A stretch of DNA of 64,000 nt, from contig OZ024764.1 in assembly GCA_964016885.1 (NCBI GenBank), positions 15,004,001 through 15,068,000 of the forward strand, written 5' to 3'. Positions within the stretch are counted from its first letter, which is position 1; each line of letters begins with the position of its first letter. Both the position numbers and the translations under genes were made by a program. The stretch comes from Eledone cirrhosa. Lineage: Eukaryota. Below the pieces are notes generated by a model. That model was not told the origin of the DNA. It was given only the letters and a program-made list of their open reading frames with translations, and searched no databases. This document shows positions 1 through 12,915 of the stretch, one piece after another.

Positions 1-1250
1 TCTCAGGAAAGAATCTCTGAATTGAGAGATCACAGCTCTGATACTACAGACATGTGGTTAAAATGTCTCAGGAAAGAATCTCTGGATTGAGAGATCACAG
101 CTCTGATACTACAGACATGTGGTTAAAATGTCTCAGGAAAGAATCTCTGAATGGAGAGATCACAGCTCTGATACTACAGACATGTGGTTAGAATGTCTCA
201 GGAAAGAATCTCTGGATTGAGAGATCACAGCTCTGATACTACAGACATGTGGTTAGAATGTCTCAGGAAAGAATCTCTGAACTGAGAGATTGCAGCTCTG
301 ATACTACAGACATGTGGTTAGAATGTCTCAGGAAAGAATCTCTGAATTGAGAGATCACAGCTCTGATACTACAGACATGTGGTTAGAATGTCTCAGGAAA
401 GAATCTCTGAATTGAGAGATCACAGCTCTGATACTACAGACATGTGGTTAGAATGTCTCAGGAAAGAATCTCTGGATTGAGAGATCACAGCTCTGATACT
501 ACAGACATGTGGTTAGAATGTCTTAGGAAAGAATCTCTGAATTGCGAGATCACAGCTCTGATACTACAGACATGTGGTTAGAATGTCTCAGGAAAGAATC
601 TCTGGATTGAGAGATCACAGCTCTGATACTACAGACATGTGGTTAGAATGTCTCAGGAAAGAATCTCTAGATTGAGAGATCACAGCTCTGATACTACAGA
701 CATGTGGTTAGAATGTCTCAGGAAAGAATCTCTGAACTGAGAGATTGCAGCTCTGATACTACAGACATGTGGTTAGAATGTCTCAGGAAAGAATCTCTGA
801 ATTGAGAGATCACAGCTCTGATACTACAGACATGTGGTTAGAATGTCTCAGGAAAGAATCTCTGAATTGAGAGATCACAGCTCTGATACTACAGACATGT
901 GGTTAGAATGTCTCAGGAAAGAATCTCTGAATTGAGAGATCACAGCTCTGATACTACAGACATGTGGTTAAAATGTCTCAGGAAAGAATCTCTGAATTGA
1001 GAGATCACAGCTCTGATACTACAGACATGTGGTTAGAATGTCTCAGGAAAGAATCTCTGAATTGAGAGATCACAGCTCTGATACTACAGACATGTGGTTA
1101 GAATGTCTCAGGAAAGAATCTCTGAATTGAGAGATCACAGCTCTGATACTACAGACATGTGGTTAGAATGTCTCAGGAGAGAATCTCTGGATTGAGAGAT
1201 CACAGCTCTGATACTACAGACATGTGGTTAGAATGTCGCAGGAAAGAATT
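1..1250 (+). repeat. 65-bp tandem array (~19 copies, continues off the left edge), derived from an RTE-LINE ORF2 segment
   Basis: Unit tctcaggaaagaatctctgaattgagagatcacagctctgatactacagacatgtggttagaatg recurs at 1, 66, 131 and so on. The same unit occurs at 41848-42395, 45585-45712 and 46198-47105. Confidence 0.95.
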
Positions 1251-1681
1251 CTGGAGAGATTTAATAAGGAAATGTCCTAATGGCAACAAAGCAACCATTG
1301 TGAAACAGAAGGGGTCTGGTAAACACCATTATTTAACATTCCGGTCTCTCGTCTGCACTGTAGATAGTACAGCACGTGTTAGTGCTAGATGATGTGGTCC
1401 ACAAGGAGACGAATATACTCCTCAAAAGTCTAACAAAAGTTTAAATGCAGGAATTAATGAGGAACACACAGTAATATATATATATATATTTATTATATAT
1501 ATATATATATATTATATATATATATATATATAAGGATTAAAATACTGGAGCGTGTTGAGTTAAACACCCTCTTCGTATTATAGAAATGACAGTAAAAGGT
1601 ATAGCTCAATGCAGTTAAACAGAGCCAAAAAATTAAGAGAGTAAAACAAAGAAGCCTTTAATACATCAATAGTTTTTATTA

Positions 1682-1719
1682 GCCGACAATGTTTCGTCCT
1701 ATTAAGGACTCATCAGGGC
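1682..1719 (-). ncRNA. Minimal type I hammerhead ribozyme (family A)
   Basis: Minus strand reads GCC-CTGATGA-GTCCT-TAAT-AGGAC-GAAA-CATTG-TC-GGC: canonical core, 5-bp stem II, GUC site, stem I GCC/GGC, followed by AATAAA. Confidence 0.85.
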
Positions 1720-1974
1720 AATTAAAACAACAAGAAGTAATATCGGCAGATACAAGCCGGAAGCTCCGAAGAATATGGAGTGTACATACACTAAAGTCTT
1801 GCAAAAATATATAATAAAAATAAAAATAATAAAAATATATAATAAGAATAACTAAGGATGTATATAACATTAAGAACCATATTACAAATATAGTCCAAAG
1901 CAAATAACCTAAAGCTAAACAAAGGTGGTTATATAGAGCAGGAATTATATATAACCCAATGTAATATAATATAA

Positions 1975-2160
1975 TTGTTTCTACTTTAGGCACAAGGCCA
2001 GCAATTACCCAGTGCATTACTGGTACTTTATTTTATCGACCCCGTAAGGATGAAAGGCAAAGTCAACCTCGGCGGGATTTGAACTCAGATCGTAAAGGGA
2101 CGTAACTATACTGGAAAGCATGGCGTCCGACCCTCTACCGATACTGCCAATTCACCGCCC
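1975..2160 (-). mobile_element. tRNA-derived SINE, family S2 (central GCCTTTCATCCTTACGGGGTCGATAAAATAAAGTACCAG domain, Meta-SINE-like)
   Basis: Reverse complement of the 3343-3530 copy, with A-box-like TGGCAGTATCGG and B-box GAGTTCAAATC. Confidence 0.85.
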
Positions 2161-2889
2161 TTGTTTTCACCCCAATGTAATATAATATAATACATTATAA
2201 TAATATACCTCTACCAACATTAAAATTACAATTAAAAATCAAAAGGTACAATATATACATGTATATATGTGCGCACACGCACACACACACACACACATAC
2301 AACAATACGCACATCTATCTTCAACTACACAAATTAAACCTTATTAGGAGTTTGAATATAAAAATAAGCATGATAAGAGTGAAAATAATAATAATACCAA
2401 TACATCTACCCAATATACATGAGGTAATAATATGATATAATTACAAGAAACACATATAATAAATAATAAGCAATAAAATTATATAATTCAATATAATAGA
2501 TAATCCCCGGTTAATTTACACAAACAATATAGATGTGACAAAAATAATATAATGATAATATGTTAACAATGTACTAACATTTACAATAAACAATATAGAT
2601 GTCCACAATAATAATATAATGATAATATGTTAACAATATAATATATACACATATATATATATACACACATATATATATATGTATATACATATATATATAT
2701 ATACACACTATATATATATGTATATACATATATATATATACACACGTATATATATATATGTATATACATATATATATATACAGATATATATATATGTATA
2801 TACACATATATATATATATGTGTATATATATATATATACACACATATATATATACACATATATATATATACATATATATATATATACAC

Positions 2890-2940
<51 letters not shown>

Positions 2941-3144
2941 CACACATATATATATATGTATATACATATATATATATATACATATATATACAGTCACCCT
3001 AACACGAACACACACCAAACACTATACACACACGCAAACGCATGCGCAGAGAAGACAAAAAATAAATAAATAAAATAAATAAATAAACAGACAGACTAAA
3101 TAAAGATGGCGTAAGCATACAATGCAACGGGAGGAAACACAATA

Positions 3145-3190
3145 GCACCACTGATGATGTTGCAGATGTGCAACGAAAGAACTTTGTTAG
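3145..3190 (+). ncRNA. Hammerhead-like motif (family D)
   Basis: CA-CTGATGA-T-GTTGCA-GATG-TGCAAC-GAAA-GAAC-TT-TG. Stem II is a perfect 6 bp and stem I is weak. The flank (AAGATGGCGTA) is shared with the 32141-32640 element. Confidence 0.6.
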
Positions 3191-3342
3191 ACTATATATA
3201 TGTGTTTGTGTCTATATTGTATCTGTATTTTTGACCGTTGGTCAGTCAATGGCAACATTGAGGACCGAATAAATTAAATTAACCGATATAAAAGACACAG
3301 AAGCGAAAACCAACCAAACAGTGAGTGTGTTCTGTTATTAAT

Positions 3343-3530
3343 GGCGGTGGATTGGCAGTATCGGTAGAGGGTCGGATGCCATGCTTTCCAGCATAGTTAC
3401 GTCCCTTTACGATCTGAGTTCAAATCCCCGCCGAGGTTGACTTTGCCTTTCATCCTTACGGGGTCGATAAAAATAAAGTACCAGTAATGCACTGGGTAAT
3501 TGCTGGCCTTGTGCCTAAAGTAGAAACAGT
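3343..3530 (+). mobile_element. tRNA-derived SINE family S2
   Basis: Pol III A/B boxes, conserved central domain and AGTAGAAAC end into an ATT-rich tail. Further copies at about 7695-7900(+), 9023-9210(+), 16968-17137(-), 19278-19455(-), 28818-29270(+), 42913-43300(-, two), 44178-44528(-, two), 45975-46161(-) and 58010-58325. Confidence 0.85.
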
Positions 3531-3629
3531 TATTAATTCTGGCAATACTATTACAACAATATGACCCTCCTCAAGTATAACAATATTTGTTTCAACACAC
3601 GATTTCATATCAAAAACCTCGCAAAACTA

Positions 3630-3698
<69 letters not shown>

Positions 3699-3846
3699 TG
3701 TAGGAGGTGAGTTTTATTGTAGTACAATAAAGCAATGCAGATATCGGATAAGAAGCACTCTACAGTTTGTGGGACTGGAGTATACATAATATATGAGAAC
3801 AAAAGATGGTTAAAGTGTTTTTTAGCCTTCATATCATGTCCTCCTG

Positions 3847-3900
3847 TTTTATCTGATGAAAACACAAATATTATTGCATTTTGAAATGCGCATAATAAAA
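3847..3900 (+). ncRNA. Minimal hammerhead ribozyme (family B), palindromic loop 3 TGCGCA
   Basis: TTTTAT-CTGATGA-AAAC...TTTT-GAAA-TGCGCA-TA-ATAAAA, with 6-bp stem I. Degenerate or partial copies at ~17655-17720 and ~40720-40760. Confidence 0.7.
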
Positions 3901-3930
3901 TACATGGAACTCCTTTAACCATCTTTTGTT

Positions 3931-3972
<42 letters not shown>

Positions 3973-4011
3973 ATATATTAACAAAGGGAAACTATATTTA
4001 TAAAACCATAT

Positions 4012-4079
4012 TTATTCTATTATACATATTTTCAAGGGCCACCAAGGCAAATTATGTTGCGCTTTCATCAGATAAAATA
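4012..4079 (-). ncRNA. Diverged hammerhead motif (family C)
   Basis: Minus strand TATTTTAT-CTGATGA-AAG...CTT-GAAA-ATATGTA-TA-ATAGAATA. Flanks are homologous to the 12850, 15571 and 34356 copies. Confidence 0.55.
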
Positions 4080-4330
4080 TAATACAGATTAGTTTTATAA
4101 ATAAATATTGACATACCCTGAAAAAAAGACAACCTTAACCTCTGCCTATATATATATATATATATACGGATTAACAAATAATAGTTAAATGCAGTCCACT
4201 TAGGTGAAGTCCAGTTATGGTATTCCAGGTATATATATATAATTTATTATATATATATATTTATATATATATATTATATATATATATTTCTGGCTTGTAT
4301 CTGCCGATATTACCTCTTGTTGTTTTGATT

Positions 4331-4368
4331 GCTCTGATGAGTCCTTAATAGGACGAAACATTGTCGGC
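4331..4368 (+). ncRNA. Minimal type I hammerhead ribozyme (family A)
   Basis: GCT-CTGATGA-GTCCTTAATAGGAC-GAAA-CATTG-TC-GGC-TAATAAAAA, in a ~130-bp fragment bounded by (TA)n on both sides. Confidence 0.85.
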
Positions 4369-4496
4369 TAATAAAAACTTTTGATGTATTAAAGGATTCT
4401 TTGTTTTACTCTCTTAATATATATTTATATATATATTATATATATATATTATATATATATATATTATATATATATATATATATTATATATATATAT

Positions 4497-4529
<33 letters not shown>

Positions 4530-4724
4530 ATATATATATATTATATATATATATATATTATATATATATATATTATATATATGTAGATAAATCTACCAAG
4601 AGTTTACGGTAGTGTCCAATCCGTATGAAGAACTCAATGTAATCCGGATATCATGGAAAGAAGAGATGCAATGAAAAATCACTTTCGGTGAAAGATAAAC
4701 GGAATACAGAGTCAAGATAAAATA

Positions 4725-5392
4725 TTAAAAAAATAATGAATAAAACAATGAAACAGTTTCTTATATTAAACAAAAAAAGTTCATTATTTAACGATCGTTT
4801 CTAGGATATATATGTGTTAGAATTGGCATGCATATTCAACAGATCTATGTACAAAATTATACAAAATTATACAAACTATCAAAATTAAATATACATACCA
4901 ACTCATATATATGCCGTCTTCAGAAATAACGGCATATATATGTGTTGGTACGTATATTTAATTTTGATAGTTTGTATAATTTTGTACATCATCATCATCA
5001 TCATCAGGTTTAGCGTCCGTGTTCCACGCTTGCATGGGTTTGGACGGGGGTTTTCCCACTTGAGGCAAGAGTGGTTGTCTTGCTCGCATAGGACTGTCTG
5101 GCGGGTTTTCTACAGTTGGATGCCCTTCCTAACACCAACCACATTTACAGTGTGGGGCTGGGAGGTTTTTACCGTGTTGCCTACACGGCCACATTACAGC
5201 GTGGACTGTCTGGCGAGTTTTCTACAGCTGGATGCCCTTCCTAACACCAACCACATTTACAGAGATCTGTTAAATATGCATGCCAATTCTAACACATATA
5301 TATCCTAGAAACGATCGTTAAATAATGAACTTTTTTTGTTTAATATAAGGAACTGTTTCATTGTTTTATTCATTATTTTTTTAATATTTTAT
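4725..5392. mobile_element. Fold-back PLE-like element carrying a long-stem-II hammerhead (4784-4929, minus strand); right arm interrupted by an RTE-tail insertion (4988-5260)
   Basis: 4725-4916 is the inverted copy of 4930-4988 plus 5262-5392. Minus strand: TTATTT-CTGAAGA-(~110 nt hairpin)-GAAA-CGATCG-TT-AAATAA. Confidence 0.75.
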
Positions 5393-5410
5393 ATTATATA
5401 TATATATATT

Positions 5411-5485
<75 letters not shown>

Positions 5486-5501
5486 AATAAATATATATTT
5501 T

Positions 5502-5533
<32 letters not shown>

Positions 5534-5711
5534 TTTATTATATATATATATATATATATATATAATAAATAAATATATATAAATAAATATACTTCTAAAA
5601 AAGTATATATATATATTTTAAAAACAAACATGTATGTTGAATTATTTAATTAGGTCTTCGAAAAGACATTGTTGGGTTAGAAGAGAGGATAGGACCACCA
5701 TTGTTACCACC

Positions 5712-7255
5712 ATGGTGGTGGTGGTGGTGATGGTGGTGCTGGTGGTGGTGATGGTGGTGGTGGTGGTGGTGGTGGTGATGGTGGTGCTGGTGGTGGTGAT
5801 GGTGGTGGTGGTGGTGGTGGTGGTGGTGTGGTGGTGGTGGTGGTGGTGGTGGTGGTGGTGGTGGTGGTGGTGGTGGTGGAGATGATGGTGATGATGATGG
5901 TGGTGGTGGTGGTGGTGATGGTGGTGATGGTGGTGGTGGTGGTGGTGGTGTTGGTGGTGTGGTGGTGTTGGTGGTGGTGTTGGTGGTGGTGATGATGGTG
6001 GTGGTGGTGTTGGTGGTGGTGGTGGTGGTGGTGGAGGTGGTGGTGATGGTGGTGGTGGTGGTGTTGGTGGTGATGGTGATGGTGATGATGGTGGTGGTGG
6101 TGGTGGTGATGGTGGTGGTGGTGGTGATGGTGGTGATGGTGGTGGTGATGGTGGTGATGGTGGTGATGGTGGTGGTGGTGTTGGTGGTGGTGGTGTTGGT
6201 GGTGGTGGTGGTGGTGGTGGTGGTGGTGGTGATGATGGTGGTGGTGATGATGGTGGTGATGGTGGTGATGGTGGTGGTGGTGTTGGTGGTGGTGGTGTTG
6301 GTGGTGGTGGTGGTGGTGATGGTGGTGATGATGGTGGTGGTGGTGATGGTGGTGGTGGTGATGGTGGTGATGGTGGTGGTGGTGATGGTGGTGATGGTGG
6401 TGGTGGTGATGGTGGTGATGGTGGTGGTGGTGGTGGTGGTGGTGATGGTGGTGATGGTGATGGTGATGGTGGTGGTGGTGGTGATGGTGGTGATGGTGAT
6501 AATGGTGGTGATGGTGGTGGTGGTGGTGGTGGTGATGGTGGTGATGGTGGTGGTGGTGGTGGTGGTGGTGGTGGTGGTGGTGGTGATGGTGGTGATGGTG
6601 GTGATGGTGATGGTGATGGTGATGGTGGTGGTGGTGGTGATGGTGGTGATGGTGATGGTGATGGTGGTGGTGGTGGTGATGGTGGTGGAGGTGGTGGTGA
6701 TGGTGGTGGTGTTGGTGGTGATGGTGATGGTGATGATGGTGGTGGTGGTGGTGGTGATGGTGGTGGTGGTGGTGATGGTGGTGATGGTGGTGGTGATGGT
6801 GGTGATGGTGGTGATGGTGGTGGTGGTGGTGGTGGTGTTGGTGGTGGTGGTGTTGGTGGTGGTGGTGGTGGTGGTGATGATGGTGGTGGTGATGATGGTG
6901 GTGATGGTGGTGATGGTGGTGGTGGTGTTGGTGGTGGTGGTGTTGGTGGTGGTGGTGGTGGTGGTGGTGGTGGTGGTGGTGGTGATGATGGTGGTGGTGA
7001 TGATGGTGGTGATGGTGGTGATGGTGATGGTGATGGTGATGGTGATGGTGGTGATGGTGATGGTGATGATGGTGATGGTGGTGGTGGTGGTGTTGGTGGT
7101 GGTGATGGTGGTGGTGGTGGTGGTGTTGGTGGTGGTGGTGTTGGTGATGGTGGTGGTGGTGGTGGTGGTGGTGTTGGTGGTGGTGTTGGTGGTGGTGGTG
7201 GTGGTGATGGTGGTGGTGGTGGTGTTGGTGGTGATGGTGGTGGTGGTGGTGATGA
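5712..7255 (+). repeat. (GGT/GAT/GTT)n trinucleotide expansion
   Basis: Direct reading. It produces the spurious poly-His and poly-Val ORFs. Confidence 0.97.
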
Positions 7256-8089
7256 CTAAGAGAACGTGCTAAACCACTAAAACTCTTCACAGAAATTCTG
7301 AACATTTCCTTCACATCAGAAATAACACGACATATTTTCTGTTAGCAGAGGCAGCCCCACCCCACACACTGACCCCTGCCCCACCCTCAACACACCTCAT
7401 CTCAGACCCCCCCCCCCCCCCCCCCCCCCCCACCTTATACCCAAAATATAAATAAACCATCTTAGTCGGAGCCTTTTGATGTAGCCAGCTGCTAAATATA
7501 GGTGACTGGAGATGGAGGGTAGGCCATCAGCACCACCACCACCACCACCACCACCACCACCACCACCACCATCATCACCATCATCATCATCATCACACTG
7601 CCATCACCACCATCATCATCACCACCACGACCACGACCACCACCTTCACCACCTCCATCATTTTCACCACCACCACCACCACCACCACCTTCTTGTTTGG
7701 CAGTATCGGTAGAGCGTCAGACGCATAGGTTTGCAGCATAGAGCTACGGCCCTTTATGATCTGAGTTCAAATCCTGCCAAGGTTAACTTTACCTTTCATC
7801 CTTACGGGGTCGATAAAATAAAATACCAGTAATACACTGGGATCGATTTAGTCAACTTTCCCGTCCCCCAAAATTGCTGGCCTTGTGCTTATATTAGAAA
7901 CCACAAGCATGACCCAAGTGAAAGGGCCTGCTCTGAGTATGCGCCTATGAATTGTAGGTGGAGAACTGGGAATTTTTCATTGTTTCAATTTTCATTTTTA
8001 TTGTTTATATATATATATATATATGTTTCTATGTCTTTTTTTTCTTTTCTTATATAAATAATAAAAATCTTTACACGCACAAAACCCAC

Positions 8090-8783
8090 ATCGTACCACC
8101 CTGTACCACCCTGTACCGCCCTGTACCGCCCTGTACCGTCATGTGCCACCCTCTACCGTCCTGTACCGCCCTGTACAGTTCTGTACCGTCCTGTGCCGTC
8201 CTGTGCCACCCTCTATCGTCCTGTACCGCCCTGTACAGTTCTGTACCGTCCTGTGCCGTCCTGTACCACCCTCTACCGTCCTGTACCGCCCTGTACAGTT
8301 CTGTACCGTCCTGTGCCGTCCTGTGCCACCCTCTACCGTCCTGTACCGCCCTGTACAGTTCTGTACCGTCCTGTGCCACCCTCTACCGTCCTGTACCGCC
8401 CTGTACCGTCCTGTACCGTCCTGTGCCACCCTCTACCGTCCTGTACCGCCCTGTACCATCCTGTACCGTCCTGTGCCACCCTCTACCGTCCTATACCACC
8501 CTGTACCGTCCTGTGCCACCCTCTACCGTCCTGTACCGCCCTGTACCGTCCTGTACCGTCCTGTGCCACCCTCTACCGTCCTCTACCACCCTGTACCGTC
8601 CTATGCCACCCTCTACCGTCCTGTACCGCCCTGTACCGTCCTGTACCGTCCTGTGCCACCCTCTACCGTCCTGTGCCACCCTGTACCACCCTGTACAGTT
8701 CTGTACCACCCTGTACCACCCTGTACCGCCCTGTACCGTCCTGTACCGCCCTGTACCGTCCTGTGCCGTCCTGTGCCATCTGT
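8090..8783 (+). repeat. 10-bp minisatellite (CTGTACCGTC / CTGTGCCACC variants)
   Basis: About 69 tandem 10-mers in register. Confidence 0.95.
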
Positions 8784-9210
8784 AATGTTTTTCTCGATGT
8801 CAGCCCTTGTGGCCAATAAAGAAATCATTAGTGAATTGGCAGTATCGGTAGAGGGTCGGACGCCATGCTTTCCAGGATAGTTACGTCCCTTAACGATCTG
8901 AGCTTATTGTAAACCCCCCGCTGTCCCTGTCTTTATATTGTCCCCTACATGTCAGCCCTTGTGGCTAATAAATGAAATCATTATTATCACTATCATTATC
9001 ATTATTATTATTATTATTTTTAGGGTGGTGGATTGGCAGTATCGGTAGAGGGTCGGACGCCATGCTTTGCAGCATAGAGTTACGGCCCTTTATGGTCTGA
9101 GTTCAAATCCTGCCGAGGTTGACTTTGCCTTTCATCCTTACTGGGTCGATAAAATAAAGTACCAGTAATGCACTGGGGTAATTGCTGGCCTTGTGCCAAA
9201 AGTAGAAACA

Positions 9211-9259
<49 letters not shown>

Positions 9260-9947
9260 GTGTGTGTTAGTCTTTATGAAGCTAAGTTTATGTCTTCCAA
9301 CGTCCATCAGGAGAGATCACACGGCTACTTCAGACAGAATTGCCATGGTTTCATATCTCTTGATCTCTCCCCATAACAGAACTGTAGTTACGATAGTATA
9401 AATAAGTAGTGAACTCGGCTGATGGTGGGGCGGGGGGGGCAGAGAAACACAGTTGTCTTTGTAAGGGTTAAATAACGTTGATATTGTGCATGTATGTGTC
9501 TATATACATATAAATAAATATATCTATATATATATCTATACATATGAATATATGATAGGGTTAAACACTGATACAAGTATATATGTGTTCGCATTGCAAA
9601 TGACCAAGTTAGCTAGATTGAAAAATACTAATTAAAATAATACGGTTTGCTTGTCTCGATTTAAAATAATAAATCAATAAAACAAACCTATATTGGCAAT
9701 AGCCTTGATACCTGGACAAATTTTAAATTTGTTTCGCAACAATTAAGTGAAAGTTCCTATTTCTGTGCTCTTCTGCAGGTATCCAGAAATTGGTAAGTTT
9801 CACTTCAAAATACTTAAGAAGACTGAGAAAAATGTGTTGTCGAAAGCACGTGTGTTACAGTGTCTAGCCTGTCTCATACTCGTGCCGCTAAAAATAGCAG
9901 CCAGTTTTATGGGACTAAAAATTAGCTCAATGCATGGAGCCAAGAAT

Positions 9948-10082
9948 ATTATATATAGAGTTATAAACTCAAATAGTCTTTTACAATAAAATAGCTCAGA
10001 GAAAGGAATACAGCTCATAAATATTCCTTTCTTTGAGCTATTTAATTGTAAAAGACTATTTGAGTTTATAACTCTATATATA
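9948..10082. repeat. Fold-back palindrome (~65-bp arms) next to (TA)n
   Basis: ATATATAGAGTTATAAACTCAAATAGTCTTTTACAAT... mirrored by ...ATTGTAAAAGACTATTTGAGTTTATAACTCTATATA. Confidence 0.85.
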
Positions 10083-10121
10083 ATATATATATATACATAT
10101 ATATTATATATATATATATAT

Positions 10122-10310
10122 ATAGGAACAAGTAAGACCCCGACGGCTGAGCTCAAGCCGTTTCGACGGCTAATTCTGAGAATTAGCCGTCGAAACGGCT
10201 TGAGCTCAACCGTCGGGGTCTTACTGGTTCCTATTTCCCACTCTACTACCCTAAGTATTGAGTACTTTGGTGCGTTATGGTCCACCTGGTTCCTTACCAC
10301 ATTTCCTTCG

Positions 10311-10312
<2 letters not shown>
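10122..10312. mobile_element. Fold-back element (family E) carrying the 3' half of a hammerhead
   Basis: Palindrome centred near 10178. Consensus GAAA-CGGCT-TGAGCTC-AGCCG-TC-GGGGT gives stem III plus a GUC site. Other copies at 12420-12626, 26772-26910, 31972-32025 and 53600-53665, all bounded by (TA)n. Confidence 0.7.
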
Positions 10313-10362
<50 letters not shown>

Positions 10363-10509
10363 TCCTCATCATCTTTGTTTAATCTCTATCTTCCATGCTT
10401 GCATAAGTATATATGTGTATATGTATATATGTATATATGTAAATATATGCATGCATATATATATATCCATATATATATGCATATAGATATATATACATAT
10501 ATATGTATA

Positions 10510-10571
<62 letters not shown>

Positions 10572-11144
10572 TGCATATATATATATTCATATATATATGC
10601 ATATATATATAGATATATATACATATCTATGTATATATATATATATACATGCATATATATATATATATATCCATATATATATATCCATATATATATGCAT
10701 ATATATATATATAGATATATATACATATATATGTATATATATATATATATGTGTGTGTGTGTATGTGTATATATATACATATATTTATATATAAATATAT
10801 ATATATCCCAACCCAACTTGCCTCTAAATGGGACAAACCCATCTAACCCATGATGATTATATATATATATATACACACATATATATATATATATATAAAC
10901 CCACCCTAGTATATAGTACACAAAGAGGGTTCTAAACAACAGTATTATCATTATGCATACATCTAAAGTCAGTGACGACAGATACACAGAGAAGTACCTA
11001 AGGTACAGCTGACACAGTTTAAGATACCCCAGACAACTTTGTTTATTGTTTATTAACGGAAGTGAAGCTAATACGGTCAAATCTTTTTGAGCTGGTTTCC
11101 ACCATATATATATATATATATATATCACTATATATATATATATA

Positions 11145-12339
11145 TCATCATCACCGTTTTACGTCCGTTCTTCCACGCTAGCATGGGTTAGACGGGTTGT
11201 CCTGTTGTGGGCAGTGTCTGGTCGGCTGACCATGCCTTGCTCATACAGGAACTGATCTGGCTTGATTTCTACAGCTGGATGCCCTTCCTAACACCAACTT
11301 CATTTACAGTGAGTGCTGGGTGCTTTTTCGTGGCGCCTACACGTCCACTTTACAGTGTGGGCTGGGTGCTTTTTTGCCGTGGCACCTCCACGGCCACCTT
11401 GCGGTGGAGGGGGGGGGCATATTGTTTATATGCTTCAGCATGTACCCATGGGAGGTCGGGTACCCTGTATTACTGCGTGACGCCAGAAGTCACGGTCGTG
11501 TGTCATTGACTTTGAGAGGTGTAGTTGGGTAAGGTCGGCTTTTATCACCTCATCCCAAGTCATCTTGGGTCTCCCCACTCCGCGGTTTCCATCAACTTCT
11601 AGTGCTCTGCATCTTTTTATGCAGCTGTCATCCTTCATACGCATCACATGTCCATACCAGCGTAACCGCCTCTCCTGCACGCAGCATTTGATTCCTCTTA
11701 TGCTCAGTCTCTCTCTCAATTCCTTTATGCTTTGTCGTTCACGTATATTACTGTTACACATCCATCGGAGCATGCAGGCTTCGTTTCTCTCTAATCTACG
11801 TAAGTCTTCCACCTTCAGCGCCCAGGTCTCACTACCATGCAACATCGCTGTTCGGATACACGCATCATACAGTCTGCCTTTCATTCTGAGGGAGAAGCCT
11901 TTTGCAGCTAGCAGTGGTAGTAGTTCCCTAAACTTCTTCCATCCCGTTCTTACCCTAGTTATTGTACTTTCTGAGCACCCACCTCCGTTGCTAATTCGGT
12001 CACCTAGGTAGCAGAAGCTGTCTACTGTTTCTACAGGGCCCTCCCAGAGATTGGTGGTACTTGTTTCCTGTGGCTGTTTGCTTGCTGTTTCAGCACAGCT
12101 GCTGCATGTGAATCCTACATTCTTAATTAAGCTTCCTGAGATCCCGCTACATCTCTTGTGTACCCATTGTTTGCATTTGGGGCAGAGAATGGAGTTTCTA
12201 CCTACACCTTTCCTACATACTGAGCAAGGCCATTTCCCTGAGGGGATCTGGGTTCTGTTTTCTCGTCTACTTACAAGGACCTTAGTCTTTGTCATGTTGA
12301 CTTTGAGGCCCTTTCTCTCTAGTCCCTGCTTCCAGGTTT

Positions 12340-12341
<2 letters not shown>
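11145..12341 (-). mobile_element. 5'-truncated RTE-clade LINE: C-terminal RT with an inserted Cys/His (PHD-like) finger, 3' UTR and (TGA)n tail
   Basis: Translation GLKVNMTKTKV...CSVCRKGVGRNSILCPKCKQWVHKRC...CSSC...VDSFCYLG...MLHGSETW...RRLRWYGHVMRM...GRPKMTW. The 5' end is fused to (TA)n. Confidence 0.92.
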
Positions 12342-12395
<54 letters not shown>

Positions 12396-12419
12396 AAATA
12401 TATATATATATATATATAT

Positions 12420-12622
12420 ATAACGAAGGAAATGTGGTAAGGAACCAGGTGAACCATAACGCACCAAAGTACTCAATACTTGGGGTAGTAGAGTGGGTAA
12501 TAGGAACCAGTAAAACCCCGACGGCTGAGCTCAAGCTGTTTCGACGGCTAATTCTGGACTAAATTTAGTCCAGAATTAGCCGTCGAAACGGCTTGAGCTC
12601 AGCTGTCGGGGTCTTACTGGTT

Positions 12623-12626
<4 letters not shown>
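12420..12626. mobile_element. Fold-back element family E
   Basis: Palindrome centred at ~12563 (CTAAATTTAG). Same sequence as 10122-10312 in the opposite orientation. Confidence 0.75.
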
Positions 12627-12701
<75 letters not shown>

Positions 12702-12849
12702 AAATATATATATATATATGCAAAAGTTTTATTTAAAATTGTTGGGTTACAACGAGTAAATATTTTATAACTGATATAAAGCACTCAACAAGTTTTGGAG
12801 TAGATATACGATATTAAACAAATGGAAACTATATTTATAAAACCATATT

Positions 12850-12915
12850 TATTTCATTATACATATTTCAGGGATACCATATTAAAAATATGGCATGCCT
12901 TCTTCAGATAAAATA
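12850..12915 (-). ncRNA. Hammerhead ribozyme (family C) in the left arm of fold-back 12719-13101
   Basis: TATTTTAT-CTGAAGA-AGGCATGCCATAT...ATATGGTATCCCT-GAAA-TATGTA-TA-ATGAAATA. Confidence 0.7.

Noticed and set aside
1-1250. CRISPR-like regular periodicity, here and in the other arrays
   Set aside because: Head-to-tail identical units with no unique spacers, no cas genes and a eukaryotic context.
5634-7314. Poly-His and poly-Val ORFs
   Set aside because: Trinucleotide repeat with no coding context.
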